The notes below the pieces were generated by a model, which did no database searches, was not told the DNA's origin, and saw only the letters and a program-made list of their open reading frames with translations. From positions 38,549 through 102,548 of the forward strand of contig DAIQLC010000005.1 of the NCBI GenBank assembly GCA_036789645.1: a DNA stretch of 64,000 nucleotides, read 5' to 3'. Of this stretch, positions 37,877-49,900 are shown piece by piece. The DNA comes from Candidatus Hydrogenedentota bacterium. Lineage in GTDB: Bacteria; Hydrogenedentota; Hydrogenedentia; Hydrogenedentales; SLHB01. The number at the start of each line of letters is the position of its first letter. Positions within the stretch are counted from its first letter, which is position 1. A program made the position numbers and the translations under genes.

Positions 37877-38718
37877 GGATGATACTTCCCGTAAATTGCG
37901 TCGGTCACGCGCGCTACGCGGGCCATCATGCGCACGTTATGCACGCGAATCGCCCGGGCCCCGTTCGCGATGGCGACCGCTACCGTGGCGGCCGTCCCGG
38001 CGTCGCGGTCGTCGACGGGGGCGTTGAGCACGGCGCCGATCATCGATTTGTTGGACGTACCGGCCAGGATGGGGCGTCCCAACGCAGCCAATTCTCCCAG
38101 GCGTCTCAACAGTTCCAGATTATGCGCCACCGTCTTGCCGAATCCAAATCCGGGATCAAGCCAGATGCGCCGCTCGGAAATGCCCTGGGCTACCGCATAC
38201 GCCATCCGCTCGTCGAAAAACGCCCGGATGTCGTCCACCACATCCGTGTACGACGGGTTCGACTGCATCGTCTTCGGATCGCCCTGCATATGCATGAGCA
38301 CGCAGTCCACCCCGCTGGACGCGACCAGGCCGGCCATCTCGGGGTCACCCCGGAGCGCGGTGATATCGTTGACCATCGCGGCCCCGGCGGCAACGCACGC
38401 CTCGGCGGTCGATGCATGATAGGTATCAATGGACACCGGCGTCTGCAGCGACGCCGCCGCACGCACTACCGGCAAAACACGTTGCAATTCTTCGGCCGGC
38501 GTGAGCGGTTCCGCGCCGGGCCGGGAAGACTCGCCGCCAATATCGATGATGTCCGCCCCCGCCTCGGCCAGTTCGCGGGCATGCGCCGCGGCGCGCTCGA
38601 ACGTGGCGTAGCGCCCCCCGTCGAAAAACGAGTCGGGCGTCACGTTCACGATGCCCATCACGGCCGTGCCGGGGCTCAGCCGGTCCACCAACGGACGCTC
38701 CGTCGCCCTCTCGGTCAT
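37873..38718 (-). CDS. folP: Dihydropteroate synthase
   Basis: MGIVNVTPDSFFDGG, IIDIGGESSRPG, SIDT, DPGFGFGK, GTSNKS, RVHNV. Start could be 38718 or 38748. Confidence 0.96.
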   Translation of the reverse strand: MTERATERPLVDRLSPGTAVMGIVNVTPDSFFDGGRYATFERAAAHARELAEAGADIIDIGGESSRPGAEPLTPAEELQRVLPVVRAAASLQTPVSIDTYHASTAEACVAAGAAMVNDITALRGDPEMAGLVASSGVDCVLMHMQGDPKTMQSNPSYTDVVDDIRAFFDERMAYAVAQGISERRIWLDPGFGFGKTVAHNLELLRRLGELAALGRPILAGTSNKSMIGAVLNAPVDDRDAGTAATVAVAIANGARAIRVHNVRMMARVARVTDAIYGKYHP

Positions 38719-38775
38719 GCTCCCCCACTCCGCCGCTGTATCCGGCATTCCGGCCGCTTGGCTCCCGAAAACCGC

Positions 38776-40755
<1,980 letters not shown>

Positions 40756-40805
40756 ATCCTTATGTTACACTTGACGCGCACCGCAACCCGCACTCGCACA
40801 ACCTA

Positions 40806-40834
40806 ATCATAACACACGATCACACCGCGTACAA
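40806..40834 (-). promoter_or_regulatory. Sigma70-type promoter of ftsH-folP-glmM-pdxJ
   Basis: Minus strand: TTGTAC, 17 bp, TATGAT with extended -10 TG. Confidence 0.6.
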
Positions 40835-40999
40835 TCCCGCACGGTGCAAGGTCTTTCGGGAGGCCACGTTGCAGAATTTGACGGGGACTCACTCCCACAT
40901 AAGATAACGCCCGGGCGCGGGATTTATTCACGGCCGCGCCGGGTCATCTTGCCGCCCGCTCCGGGTTTGCGTAAGATGGTCGCGATAACCAAGGAGGAT

Positions 41000-42121
41000 A
41001 TGATGGGTACCGCCAAGTCTGTCCGAGTCGCCGTAATCATGGCCGGAGGAAGCGGCGAGCGGTTCTGGCCGTTGTCCCGGAGACTGCGGCCGAAACAACT
41101 GCTCTGTCTGACCTCGCCCACTCAGCCCCTTCTCGCGGAAGCCGTTTCGCGCATCGCGCCCGTGGTCGCACCGGAGGATGTCTACGTGGTGACGGGGCGC
41201 CATCTGGTGGAGCCGATCCGCAACGCCGACACGGGCGTGCCGCGGGAAAACGTCATCGCGGAACCGTGCAAACGCAATACCTCCGGCGCGCTGGCCTACG
41301 CGGCCGCCTGCATGCTGTCGCGTTACAACAAGGCCCCCGAGAATATCACCATGGCCATCACCACGGCGGACCACGACATCGGGCATCCGAAACGCTTCCA
41401 GGAAACCGTCGCGGCCGCCCTGGACGTCGTGGAACGGGAAGGCGTCCTGGCAACGCTCGGCGTAGTGCCGACCCGGCCCGAGACGGGCTACGGCTATATT
41501 CAGATCGCGCCCGGAGCCGCGCCATTGACGGCAGGGGAAATCGCCATCTATCCGGTGAGCGCCTTCCACGAAAAACCCAACCGCGAGGTCGCGGAAGACT
41601 TTGTCGCCTCGGGCCGCTACTTCTGGAACAGCGGCATGTTCTGCTGGCGCATCTCGGATTTTCTCGATGAGCTGGACCGGGTCCGTCCGGCGCTGTCGGA
41701 CGCGGTTCGCCGCATGACCGAGGCGATGAACGCCGGCGACGATCTCGGCGTCCACCAGATCTTCGAGGAGCTGGAAGACATTTCGATCGATTACGCGCTC
41801 ATGGAGCACGCGCGGCGGGTCGTGATGGCGCGTGCCGATTTTCCGTGGGACGACATCGGCGCGTGGCCCGCCCTCGACCGGACCCTGGCGCACGACGCGC
41901 AGGGCAACGTGAGCGTGGGCGGCCCCGTGCTGGCCGATTGCGAAGATTGTATCGTCTACAACGAGCCGGGCGGCGAAACGGTGGCGGTGGGCGTCATCGG
42001 CTGCACGGACATGATCGTGGTGGTCACGTCCGACGGCGTGCTGGTCGCGCCCAAGGACCGGGCGCAGGACGTCCGCCGGATCGTGGCCGAACTGAAGGCA
42101 CGCGGGACCGGCCAGATCTAG
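41000..42121 (+). CDS. manC: Mannose-1-phosphate guanylyltransferase (monofunctional)
   Basis: Start moved to 41000 (RBS AAGGAGG). IMAGGSGERFWPLSR, PKQLL, ETGYGYI, FHEKP, WNSGMF, SIDYALME, WDDIGAW. No cupin PMI domain. Confidence 0.94.
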   Translation: MMGTAKSVRVAVIMAGGSGERFWPLSRRLRPKQLLCLTSPTQPLLAEAVSRIAPVVAPEDVYVVTGRHLVEPIRNADTGVPRENVIAEPCKRNTSGALAYAAACMLSRYNKAPENITMAITTADHDIGHPKRFQETVAAALDVVEREGVLATLGVVPTRPETGYGYIQIAPGAAPLTAGEIAIYPVSAFHEKPNREVAEDFVASGRYFWNSGMFCWRISDFLDELDRVRPALSDAVRRMTEAMNAGDDLGVHQIFEELEDISIDYALMEHARRVVMARADFPWDDIGAWPALDRTLAHDAQGNVSVGGPVLADCEDCIVYNEPGGETVAVGVIGCTDMIVVVTSDGVLVAPKDRAQDVRRIVAELKARGTGQI

Positions 42122-42159
42122 ACCGGGCAGGACGGCGGAACCAGAGCCAAGAGGGGGCC

Positions 42160-43134
42160 ATGCAGGCAGAAACAAGTCGGCCGACCGTGTCCGTGGTCTG
42201 CCCGGTGTTTAATGAGCGAGAGAACCTGCCGGAGCTGTACGAACAGCTCCGCACGGCCCTCGACGCGACCGCGCTCCCGTGGGAGATCCTCTTCGTCGAC
42301 GACGGCAGCACGGACGGGTCGGGCGAAACGATCCAGCAGCTTCACGGGGCGGACTCGCGTGTTCGGGGAATCCTGCTCTCGCGGAATTTCGGGCACGAGG
42401 CGGCCGCCACCGCGGGCATCGAGCTCGCCGAGGGCGACGCGGTCATTCTCATGGATGCGGATCTCCAGGATCCCCCCTCGCTGGTCCCGGCCCTGGTCGA
42501 AAAATGGCGCGAAGGTTACGATATCGTGTGCGCCCAGCGCACCGCACGTCATGAAGAATCCGCCTTCAAGCGCGCGTCCGCATACCTGTTTTACCGCATC
42601 ATGACGGTCCTCGTCGGATGGAACCTTCCCGCCGATACGGGGAACTTCCGCTTGATGAACCGCGCCGCCGTGGAGGCGTTCCGGAGCTGTCCGGAACGCA
42701 ACCGCTTTGTGCGCGCGCTGGTGGCGTGGACGGGATTCCGGCAGACCACCGTGCCCTTCGAGCGCCCGCCCAGGCAGGCGGGCAAGAGTAAGTACCGGAC
42801 CTGGCAGATGGTCGCCCTCGCCCTGACGAGCGTGACGAGCTTCTCGGTGGCGCCGCTGCGCATCGCGACCGCGATCGGGCTGCTGGTCGTGCCGTTCGCG
42901 ACCTTGACCGTGCTGGGCATCCTGGTCGGAAGGCTGTTCGGCGCCCCCGTACCCGTAAACGTCGTTGTCGTGGCCAGTATCTGGTTTTTCGGCGGCCTGC
43001 AATGCCTGCTTGTGGGCATTGTGGGTGAATACATCGGCCGCATCTACATCGAGGCACAGCACCGGCCCATCTACATCGTGCGGCAACAGCTTGGAGGCAC
43101 GGACGCCGGCATCGCTCATCGCGGGACGGAGTGA
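42160..43134 (+). CDS. GT2 polyisoprenyl-phosphate glycosyltransferase (GtrB/ArnC-like)
   Basis: SVVCPVFNE, VDDGSTD, LSRNFGHE, MDADLQDPP, FRLM, AGKSKY, two C-terminal TMs, GIVGEYIGRIY. Confidence 0.93.
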   Translation: MQAETSRPTVSVVCPVFNERENLPELYEQLRTALDATALPWEILFVDDGSTDGSGETIQQLHGADSRVRGILLSRNFGHEAAATAGIELAEGDAVILMDADLQDPPSLVPALVEKWREGYDIVCAQRTARHEESAFKRASAYLFYRIMTVLVGWNLPADTGNFRLMNRAAVEAFRSCPERNRFVRALVAWTGFRQTTVPFERPPRQAGKSKYRTWQMVALALTSVTSFSVAPLRIATAIGLLVVPFATLTVLGILVGRLFGAPVPVNVVVVASIWFFGGLQCLLVGIVGEYIGRIYIEAQHRPIYIVRQQLGGTDAGIAHRGTE

Positions 43135-43212
43135 CGCGGCCAGGCGCAATTGTTGGGCGGAAGAGACCGCCGCCCGCACCTTACGGTGTTATTCGCTCAA
43201 ACGAACCGCGGT

Positions 43213-44148
43213 TCAGGGCGTGTCGATCATGGGGCCGAGGCCCGAACCCGTGAACCCCGTGCTCTGCCACTCCGCGAACTCGTTCGGCAGATGATAGAGA
43301 CCGTCCTGAGCATAGGCGTCGCGTTTTCCTTCGCCCAGCTTGCGGGTGCGGAAATCAAAGTCCCGTTGCTTGTTTTCGTTGGCGTCGCGGGTGGCCAGGA
43401 AATACGCGCGCATCACGTCCATATGGTACTGCAGAGCGGGAGTGGCCGCGGGGGGCGCGTTATCGGCGATGCCGCCGGTCTGTCCCCACGGTCCCACACT
43501 GATCAGCACGTAGTCGTCGTATTGCGTCGGCGGGAAAGTCATGTTGTACGCGCTGATGGGATTGTCGGCGCCGTCGTCGATGCCGTACATGTACTTGACC
43601 ATGCCGCTCGCCTTCCACTTCTTCCAGAACCAGGTGGCATACTGGGTGGCCTGGCGCTTGTTGACGGGAAGGTAGATGTACGGGGCGGGCTGGTTGGACG
43701 GCGCCAGACCGCCGTTGTACGGCACCGTCGCATCGTCGATGAACTGGAAGCGGCCCGGTCCAATCTCGATGCCCACAGGCGTAAACTCAAGGCGGTCCAC
43801 CGCACCATTCTGGTTGGCATCGTCCGTGGTGGAGAACCGGTCAAACAGGTCTTCGTTGGTCAGTTCGCCGATCCGGGCCATGTAAGGCGTCAGGTAATAC
43901 AACGGCGCATTCGCATCGTTGTTGTACCCGGTATAGTACCCGTATGCGGGCGGGTAGCTTCCGTGCTGTGCGCTGTATACCGACAGCGCGTTGCGAATGC
44001 CATTGAAATCGGTCTCGACATCCCGTATCTTGGCCAGTTCAAGCGCCCGCGGCAAGCCCACAGCCAGAAAGCCGGCAAGAATCCCGATAATGGCAATGAC
44101 GACGAGGAGTTCGATGAGCGTGAAGCCCCAGCCTCTGCCCGTGTACAT
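43213..44148 (-). CDS. Prepilin-type N-terminal cleavage/methylation domain protein
   Basis: G|FTLIELLVVIAIIGILA class III signal, followed by a roughly 270-aa unique domain containing an EF-hand-type loop. Confidence 0.9.
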   Translation of the reverse strand: MYTGRGWGFTLIELLVVIAIIGILAGFLAVGLPRALELAKIRDVETDFNGIRNALSVYSAQHGSYPPAYGYYTGYNNDANAPLYYLTPYMARIGELTNEDLFDRFSTTDDANQNGAVDRLEFTPVGIEIGPGRFQFIDDATVPYNGGLAPSNQPAPYIYLPVNKRQATQYATWFWKKWKASGMVKYMYGIDDGADNPISAYNMTFPPTQYDDYVLISVGPWGQTGGIADNAPPAATPALQYHMDVMRAYFLATRDANENKQRDFDFRTRKLGEGKRDAYAQDGLYHLPNEFAEWQSTGFTGSGLGPMIDTP

Positions 44149-44311
44149 GGGTCGCACCTCCCTGTTACAATGCACAGCATACTGCTCGATCTCATGATAA
44201 CATGGTATGCGCGAACCGTCAAATATTATCCCGGCAAATACGCCCGTTCTCTCGATATATCAAGGATATAGCGGAACTAAGCAAGCTGCGAATTATACGA
44301 TGACAGGAAGT

Positions 44312-46441
44312 ATGGCAACCCTTAATACCGATCAACAGAACGCCGTCACCCATCCCGGCGGACCCGCGCTGGTGCTTGCGGGCGCTGGCTCCGGCAAGAC
44401 CCGCGTGATCATCGAGCGTCTGGCGTGGCTTGTGGACGAGCGCGGCGTGGATCCGCGCCATCTGCTGGCCATGACGTTCACAAACCGCGCCGCGGGAGAG
44501 ATGCGCACCCGGCTGAGCGACCGGCTCGGGATGCGCCAGGTGGGCGCATGGCTGGGCACGTTTCATTCGTTCGGATTATACGTGTTGCGCCGGGAGAGCG
44601 AAAAACTGGGACGAGCGCGGCAGTTTACCGTGGTTGACGACGGCGACCAGCTCTCCCTCATGAAACGCCTCGTAAAGGACCTGCCGGGCAAATATGCCCC
44701 CGTGTCTCCGCGGGAAGCCCTGCGGTGGATCAGCGTACGAAAACAGGATCTCAAGGCCCCCGGGGAGGAGACGGCGTCGCGTGAGGACGAGACCTGTCAG
44801 GTGTTGTGGCAGGCGTATCATCGCGCCCTCGCACATAGCAACGGCGTGGACTTCGATGATCTGCTTGTTTTGACGGCGCAATTGTTTCACGACCACGACG
44901 ACGTCCGCGCCCGGTACGGAAACCGGTTCGCTTACGTTCATGTCGATGAATACCAGGACACGAACCGGGCGCAATACGTGATCGCGCGGGAACTCGTGCG
45001 CGACCATGCCAACCTCTTCGTCGTGGGCGACGAGGATCAGAGCATCTACGCGTGGCGCGGAGCCACCATCCGGAACATCCTCGATTTTGAAAGCGATTTT
45101 CCCGGTGCGCGGATCTACCGTCTGGAAGAGAATTACCGCAGCACGCGCACCATCCTGAATGTCGCCAACGCCGTGGTGGCCAACAACAGCCAGCGCCTCG
45201 GCAAAACGCTGCGCACATCGCGCGAGGATACCCGCCCCGTGCGCCTCTACGAGGCCGAGGATGCCGATGACGAGGCCCGGTTTGTGGCCGAGGACATCGC
45301 AACGGCGGGCCTGTCGCCGCGTGACACCGCGGTGCTGTTTCGCACCCACGGCCAGTCGCGGCTGATTGAGCAGGCCCTCCGGCGCAAAGGCCTGGCCTAC
45401 GTGGTCATCGGCGGGGTGTCGTTCTTCGGACGGAAAGAGGTCAAGGACCTCCTGGCCTACCTTCGCCTGGTGGTGAACCCCGACGACGACCAGGCGGTAC
45501 GGCGGGTATTGAACGTGCCCAACCGGGGGATCGGCGAGCACACCATCGAGACCATCGAAGCCTACGCCGCCGAGCGGGACTGCCGTCTGTTCACGGTGTT
45601 GCGCGACATCGAACATGACCAGACCCTCCCCCTTCGCGCGCGGGAAGGGGCGGGCCGCTTCGTACATGTCGTCGACAGCCTCGCCGAAAAGGCAAAGAGC
45701 GCCCCCCTCGCCGAGCTGGTGGATTTGCTCCTGAAGGACATCGGCTACCGGGATTACGTCAGGCGAGCCGACGAGCGGGATTTCCGTACCGGACTCGAAA
45801 TCATCGATGAATTTGTGGCGGCCTGTGTCCGGTTCGACGAGGAAAAACGCAGCGGGCTGCAGACCTTTCTCGAAGAGCTGGCCCTGGCGAGCGATGTGGA
45901 TCAACTTGACCCGAACGCTCCGGCGGTGAAGCTTCTGACCTGCCACAGCGCGAAGGGGCTTGAGTTCGACAACGTGTACTTGATAGGTTTGGAGGAAGGC
46001 TTTCTGCCGCACGCGAGCGCGTTCGAGTCGGAGACCGAGGTGGAGGAGGAGCGGCGGCTCTGTTATGTCGCGATGACCCGCGCGCGGAACCGGCTCACGT
46101 TGTCGCTGGCACGTTCCCGGATCGTGTTCGGGTCGCGGTATCAGCGCGAGCCCTCGCGGTTTCTGGACGAGGTCCCGGCAGCGCTGCTCGCACGCGTTGA
46201 GCCGGCGGGTTCCGGGCCAACACGCGGCGAACCGAAACCCTCGGCCGCGCCGACGGCCGACCCGGCGCGGCTCACGATGGGCACCCAGGTGCGGCACGCC
46301 CAATTCGGCCCGGGCGTGGTGATGTACATTAAGGGCACAGGAGCGAAAATGCGCGCGCGCATACGGTTTCACACCGGGCGCACGCGCGAGTTCATGGTCA
46401 GCGTCGCGCCGCTGGAGATTCTCGAAAGGAAAAAACCGTGA
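44312..46441 (+). CDS. uvrD: UvrD/PcrA helicase with C-terminal Tudor-like domain
   Basis: AGAGSGKT, TFTNRAAGEM, VDEYQDTN, VGDEDQSIY, LEENYRST, CHSAKGLEF, EERRLCYVAMTRA; C-terminal GTQVRHAQFGPG. Confidence 0.95.
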   Translation: MATLNTDQQNAVTHPGGPALVLAGAGSGKTRVIIERLAWLVDERGVDPRHLLAMTFTNRAAGEMRTRLSDRLGMRQVGAWLGTFHSFGLYVLRRESEKLGRARQFTVVDDGDQLSLMKRLVKDLPGKYAPVSPREALRWISVRKQDLKAPGEETASREDETCQVLWQAYHRALAHSNGVDFDDLLVLTAQLFHDHDDVRARYGNRFAYVHVDEYQDTNRAQYVIARELVRDHANLFVVGDEDQSIYAWRGATIRNILDFESDFPGARIYRLEENYRSTRTILNVANAVVANNSQRLGKTLRTSREDTRPVRLYEAEDADDEARFVAEDIATAGLSPRDTAVLFRTHGQSRLIEQALRRKGLAYVVIGGVSFFGRKEVKDLLAYLRLVVNPDDDQAVRRVLNVPNRGIGEHTIETIEAYAAERDCRLFTVLRDIEHDQTLPLRAREGAGRFVHVVDSLAEKAKSAPLAELVDLLLKDIGYRDYVRRADERDFRTGLEIIDEFVAACVRFDEEKRSGLQTFLEELALASDVDQLDPNAPAVKLLTCHSAKGLEFDNVYLIGLEEGFLPHASAFESETEVEEERRLCYVAMTRARNRLTLSLARSRIVFGSRYQREPSRFLDEVPAALLARVEPAGSGPTRGEPKPSAAPTADPARLTMGTQVRHAQFGPGVVMYIKGTGAKMRARIRFHTGRTREFMVSVAPLEILERKKP

Positions 46442-47508
46442 ACCTCGACGAACTGCGAAAACGGATCGACGCGCTGGACACGGAGATCCTCCGGTGCCTC
46501 AACGAACGGGCCCGGTGCGCCCTGGAGATCGGCGACATCAAGCGGGCCAACAACGCCGTGTACTACGTGCCCGAGCGTGAACGGGCCGTGTACGACAAGC
46601 TCCTGCGCGAAAACCAGGGTCCGCTCACCGAGGCGGCGATCAAGGCCATCTACCGCGAGATCATCAGCGCCGTCCGCGCTCTTGAGAAACCCGTCGACGT
46701 GGCCTTCCTGGGGCCGCGCGATACCTTCAGCCACAAGGCCGCACTGCGCATCTTCGGCACGCACGCCACCTACCATCCCGTCGCGGCGGTGGACGACATT
46801 TTCACCGAGGTTGAGCGGTTCCGCGTCGATTACGGGGTCGTGCCCGTCGAAACCTCCATGGGCGGCGGCGTCAGCGACACCCTCGACCGGTTCCTGACGT
46901 CGGACGTCAAAATCGTCAACGAGATCATGCTGCACATCGTCCAGAACCTGCTGTCCAATTCGCCCCTGGACAAGGTCACGAAGGTGTATTCGAAATCGCA
47001 GCCGTTTATCCAGTGCCGCAACTGGCTCAAGGCGAACCTCCCCAACGCGGAGCTGGTGGAGACGTCGAGCACGGCCGAGGCCGCGCGGATCGCCTCCGCC
47101 GAACCCGGCGCCGCGGCCATCGCCAGCGATTTGGCCGCGGAAACCTATAACCTCAACATCCTGGTCCGCGGCATCGAAGACGCTTCGGCGAATTTCACCC
47201 GCTTCTTTGTCATTGGGCGGCAACTGGCCAAACCGACCGGGAACGACAAGACCTCGATCCTCTGCTATATCAAGGACCGGCCGGGGGCGCTGTACGAGTT
47301 GCTGACGCCGCTTCGGGAAGGTAAAATCAACCTGACCCGCATTGAATCCCGGCCTTCGCGGCGCAAGGCGTGGGATTACGTCTTCTTCATTGACCTCGTC
47401 GGCCATTGCGAAGACCCCGCGGTAAAAGCGGCGCTGCAGCAATTGTCGCATTACTGCACGGAACTGAAGGTCCTGGGCTCGTTTCCGGGCGGCGACCTGG
47501 TGTACTGA
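46438..47508 (+). CDS. pheA: Chorismate mutase/prephenate dehydratase (P-protein)
   Basis: LDELRKRIDALD, PERE, FLGPRDTFS, VPVETS, NFTRF, DRPGAL, RIESRPS (ACT domain). Confidence 0.96.
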   Translation: MNLDELRKRIDALDTEILRCLNERARCALEIGDIKRANNAVYYVPERERAVYDKLLRENQGPLTEAAIKAIYREIISAVRALEKPVDVAFLGPRDTFSHKAALRIFGTHATYHPVAAVDDIFTEVERFRVDYGVVPVETSMGGGVSDTLDRFLTSDVKIVNEIMLHIVQNLLSNSPLDKVTKVYSKSQPFIQCRNWLKANLPNAELVETSSTAEAARIASAEPGAAAIASDLAAETYNLNILVRGIEDASANFTRFFVIGRQLAKPTGNDKTSILCYIKDRPGALYELLTPLREGKINLTRIESRPSRRKAWDYVFFIDLVGHCEDPAVKAALQQLSHYCTELKVLGSFPGGDLVY

Positions 47509-47599
47509 TGATACAACCGGCGCCCCGGGGCCCGCAGCCGTCTGGCGTGCGGAAGGCCCGGGGCCGCGGCAGGGAAGTAACTGACAGGGAGGCAACAAC

Positions 47600-48376
47600 G
47601 TGAAGAAGGTGCTCTCAATTGGCGTGGTGGCAGCGCTCGGTATCGCCTGCATTGTGGCCATCAATGGCTGCCAGCCCAACCGGATGACCCCCGAACGGGC
47701 GCTCGCCGCGCGTGAAGTCGAACTCAAGCTGGACCAAACCGAAAGGGAACAAATGAAAGAAGAACAGAACGCCGCGAGCACGGCCCCGCTGGAACGCGCT
47801 CCGCTCCCCGAGGGCTATAACGGCGGCAAAGCGCCGAAGGACGCGACCCTGACCGCCCCGGATACCTTCAAGGTCCAGTTTGTGTGCAGCAACGGCAATT
47901 TCGTGGTGGAATGCCATCGAGACTGGGCGCCCATTGGCGTGGACCGGTTCTACAACCTCGTGGTCCAGGGCTTTTTCAATGAAGCCCGGTTCTTCCGCGT
48001 CCTGCCGGGGTTCGTGGTGCAGTTCGGAATCAACGGCGACCCCGCGCTCATGGGCCAGTGGCGCGATGCCACCATCCAGGACGAGGCGGTCAAGCAGGGC
48101 AACCGGAGGGGTACCCTCACGTTCGCCAAGTCGTCGATGCCAAACTCGCGTTCCACGCAGCTCTTCATCAACCTGAATGACAACAGCGCCGGACTCGATC
48201 CCCAGGGGTTCTCGGCGTTCGGTGAGGTGATCGACGGCATGAACGTCGTCGAGAGCATCTCCGCCAAATACGGCGAGAAGCCCAACCAGATGATGATCCA
48301 GGAGCAGGGCAACGCCTATCTGCAGCCCAATTTCCCCGAGATGGACTACATCAAAGAGGCCTACATCGCCCAATAG
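47600..48376 (+). CDS. Cyclophilin-type peptidyl-prolyl isomerase, probable lipoprotein
   Basis: INGC lipobox; WAPIGVDRFYNL, FFRVLPGFVVQFG, SRSTQLFIN, FGEVIDGM. Confidence 0.92.
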   Translation: MKKVLSIGVVAALGIACIVAINGCQPNRMTPERALAAREVELKLDQTEREQMKEEQNAASTAPLERAPLPEGYNGGKAPKDATLTAPDTFKVQFVCSNGNFVVECHRDWAPIGVDRFYNLVVQGFFNEARFFRVLPGFVVQFGINGDPALMGQWRDATIQDEAVKQGNRRGTLTFAKSSMPNSRSTQLFINLNDNSAGLDPQGFSAFGEVIDGMNVVESISAKYGEKPNQMMIQEQGNAYLQPNFPEMDYIKEAYIAQ

Positions 48377-48386
48377 CGGTATTCCG

Positions 48387-48416
48387 GGGGCGGGACCCCG
48401 AGACCGGTCCCGCCCC
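48387..48416 (+). terminator. 11-bp hairpin after the PPIase gene
   Basis: GGGGCGGGACC-CCGAGACC-GGTCCCGCCCC, followed by GGTTCGT (weak U-tract). Confidence 0.5.
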
Positions 48417-48499
48417 GGTTCGTGCACTATACTGCCGGTGGTTCATGAGCCCGTCCGCTTCTGCGCCCGAGGCAGGCGACGGTCTGCGGGAGTTGGGTC

Positions 48500-49516
48500 A
48501 TGTCAAACCTGCGCTGGGGCATTCTGAGCACCGCCCGAATCGGCAAAAGCGTGATCAAGGGCATTGGACTGAGCAACGCGTGTTGCATGCAGGCCGTTGC
48601 GAGCCGGGAAAAATCCCGCGCGATCGAATGGGCCAAAGAACACGGCATTCCCCGGGCCTTCGGCTCGTACGAAGAATTGCTGAGCTCGGGCGAAGTTGAC
48701 GCCATCTACAACCCCTTGCCCAACAGCATGCACGCGGAGTGGACCATCAAGGCGCTGGACGCAGGGTTGCCCGTCTTGTGCGAAAAACCGTTCGCGGTCA
48801 ACGCGGACGAGGCCCGCAAGATCGTCAAGACCGCACGAAAGAAACAGCTCCCCGTCGCCGAGGCCTTCATGTACCGCTACCATCCCGTCTACGATCGCGT
48901 ACGGGAACTGGTCGACCAGGGAGCGATCGGCGAGCTCGTCACCATTCGCAGCACCTTCTCCTTTCCACTGAACGATCCGGAGAACATCCGCATGAAACCG
49001 GAGCTGGCCGGAGGCGCCCTGATGGATGTGGGCTGCTACTGCGTGAATTTCTCGCGCATGATGGCCCGGTGTGAACCCGCGTGCGCCACCGCCTTCGTCC
49101 GCCAGGGCGCCGTCGACAAGACGACCATCGCCTGCCTCGAATTCCCCAACAGCCTGCTGGCCTATTTCGAATGCAGCTTTGAGACCCACACCCGCATGCG
49201 GGCGGTCCTGGAAGGCACCGGCGGCACGCTCATCCTGCCCAGCCCATGGTTCCCGGGCGAGGTCCGGGCGGAGATCATCCTCCGGCACGGCGACGAGGAA
49301 AAACGTGAATACGTGGCAGGCGCGAACACCTATCAGCTCGAGGTCGAGGATTTTGTCAATGCCTGCCTCACCCACCGGCCCACGCGCTGGCCCGCCGAGG
49401 ACGCCATTGCCAACATGGCCGTGATCGACGCGATCTGCCGCTCCGTGAAAGAGCGCGGCCCGGTCACGGTGGCCGGTGTTCAGGCGGGGCAGCCTTCCGG
49501 GAAAGCCCGGGCCTGA
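48500..49516 (+). CDS. Gfo/Idh/MocA-family oxidoreductase (xylose/aldose dehydrogenase-like)
   Basis: LRWGILSTARIG, YNPLPNSMH, VLCEKPF, EAFMYRYHP, GGALMDVGCY. Confidence 0.93.
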   Translation: MSNLRWGILSTARIGKSVIKGIGLSNACCMQAVASREKSRAIEWAKEHGIPRAFGSYEELLSSGEVDAIYNPLPNSMHAEWTIKALDAGLPVLCEKPFAVNADEARKIVKTARKKQLPVAEAFMYRYHPVYDRVRELVDQGAIGELVTIRSTFSFPLNDPENIRMKPELAGGALMDVGCYCVNFSRMMARCEPACATAFVRQGAVDKTTIACLEFPNSLLAYFECSFETHTRMRAVLEGTGGTLILPSPWFPGEVRAEIILRHGDEEKREYVAGANTYQLEVEDFVNACLTHRPTRWPAEDAIANMAVIDAICRSVKERGPVTVAGVQAGQPSGKARA

Positions 49517-49531
49517 CCGGCCGAAACCGGT

Positions 49532-49900
49532 CTAGCCAATCTCGATGATCACCACGGCAACGGCGCACGTCTTGGTATGAGAGAGCGACACGTGCACGCG
49601 CGCGCCTTCAGGCAGTGCGCCACGCACGGAGGGGCCCAGCCGCAGCTCGGGCTGTCCACCGTCGCCGTTGACCACTTCGATTTCCTCCAGGTTCCACTCG
49701 GCGCGGATGCCGGTTCCGAGGGCCTTGGCGAAAGCCTCCTTCGCGGCCCAACGCGCGGCGAGGGTCTGCATGCGGCGTTTCGGTTTACTGTCGGCATAGG
49801 CCCGTTCCCCCTCACTGAAGACCCGCAACAGCCGGCCGCGCTCGATACGGCGCGCCATCTCGGCCACGTCCACCAGATCCGTCCCGATACCGAGGATCAT
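49532..49900 (-). CDS. acpS: Holo-[acyl-carrier-protein] synthase
   Basis: MILGIGTDLV, AARWAAKEAFAKALGTG, VSLSH. Confidence 0.95.
   Translation of the reverse strand: MILGIGTDLVDVAEMARRIERGRLLRVFSEGERAYADSKPKRRMQTLAARWAAKEAFAKALGTGIRAEWNLEEIEVVNGDGGQPELRLGPSVRGALPEGARVHVSLSHTKTCAVAVVIIEIG

Noticed and set aside
36533-38718. Absence of cdaA/cdaR between folP and glmM, and acpS separated from pdxJ
   Set aside because: Direct folP-glmM adjacency is common in many bacteria; ordinary gene-order variation.
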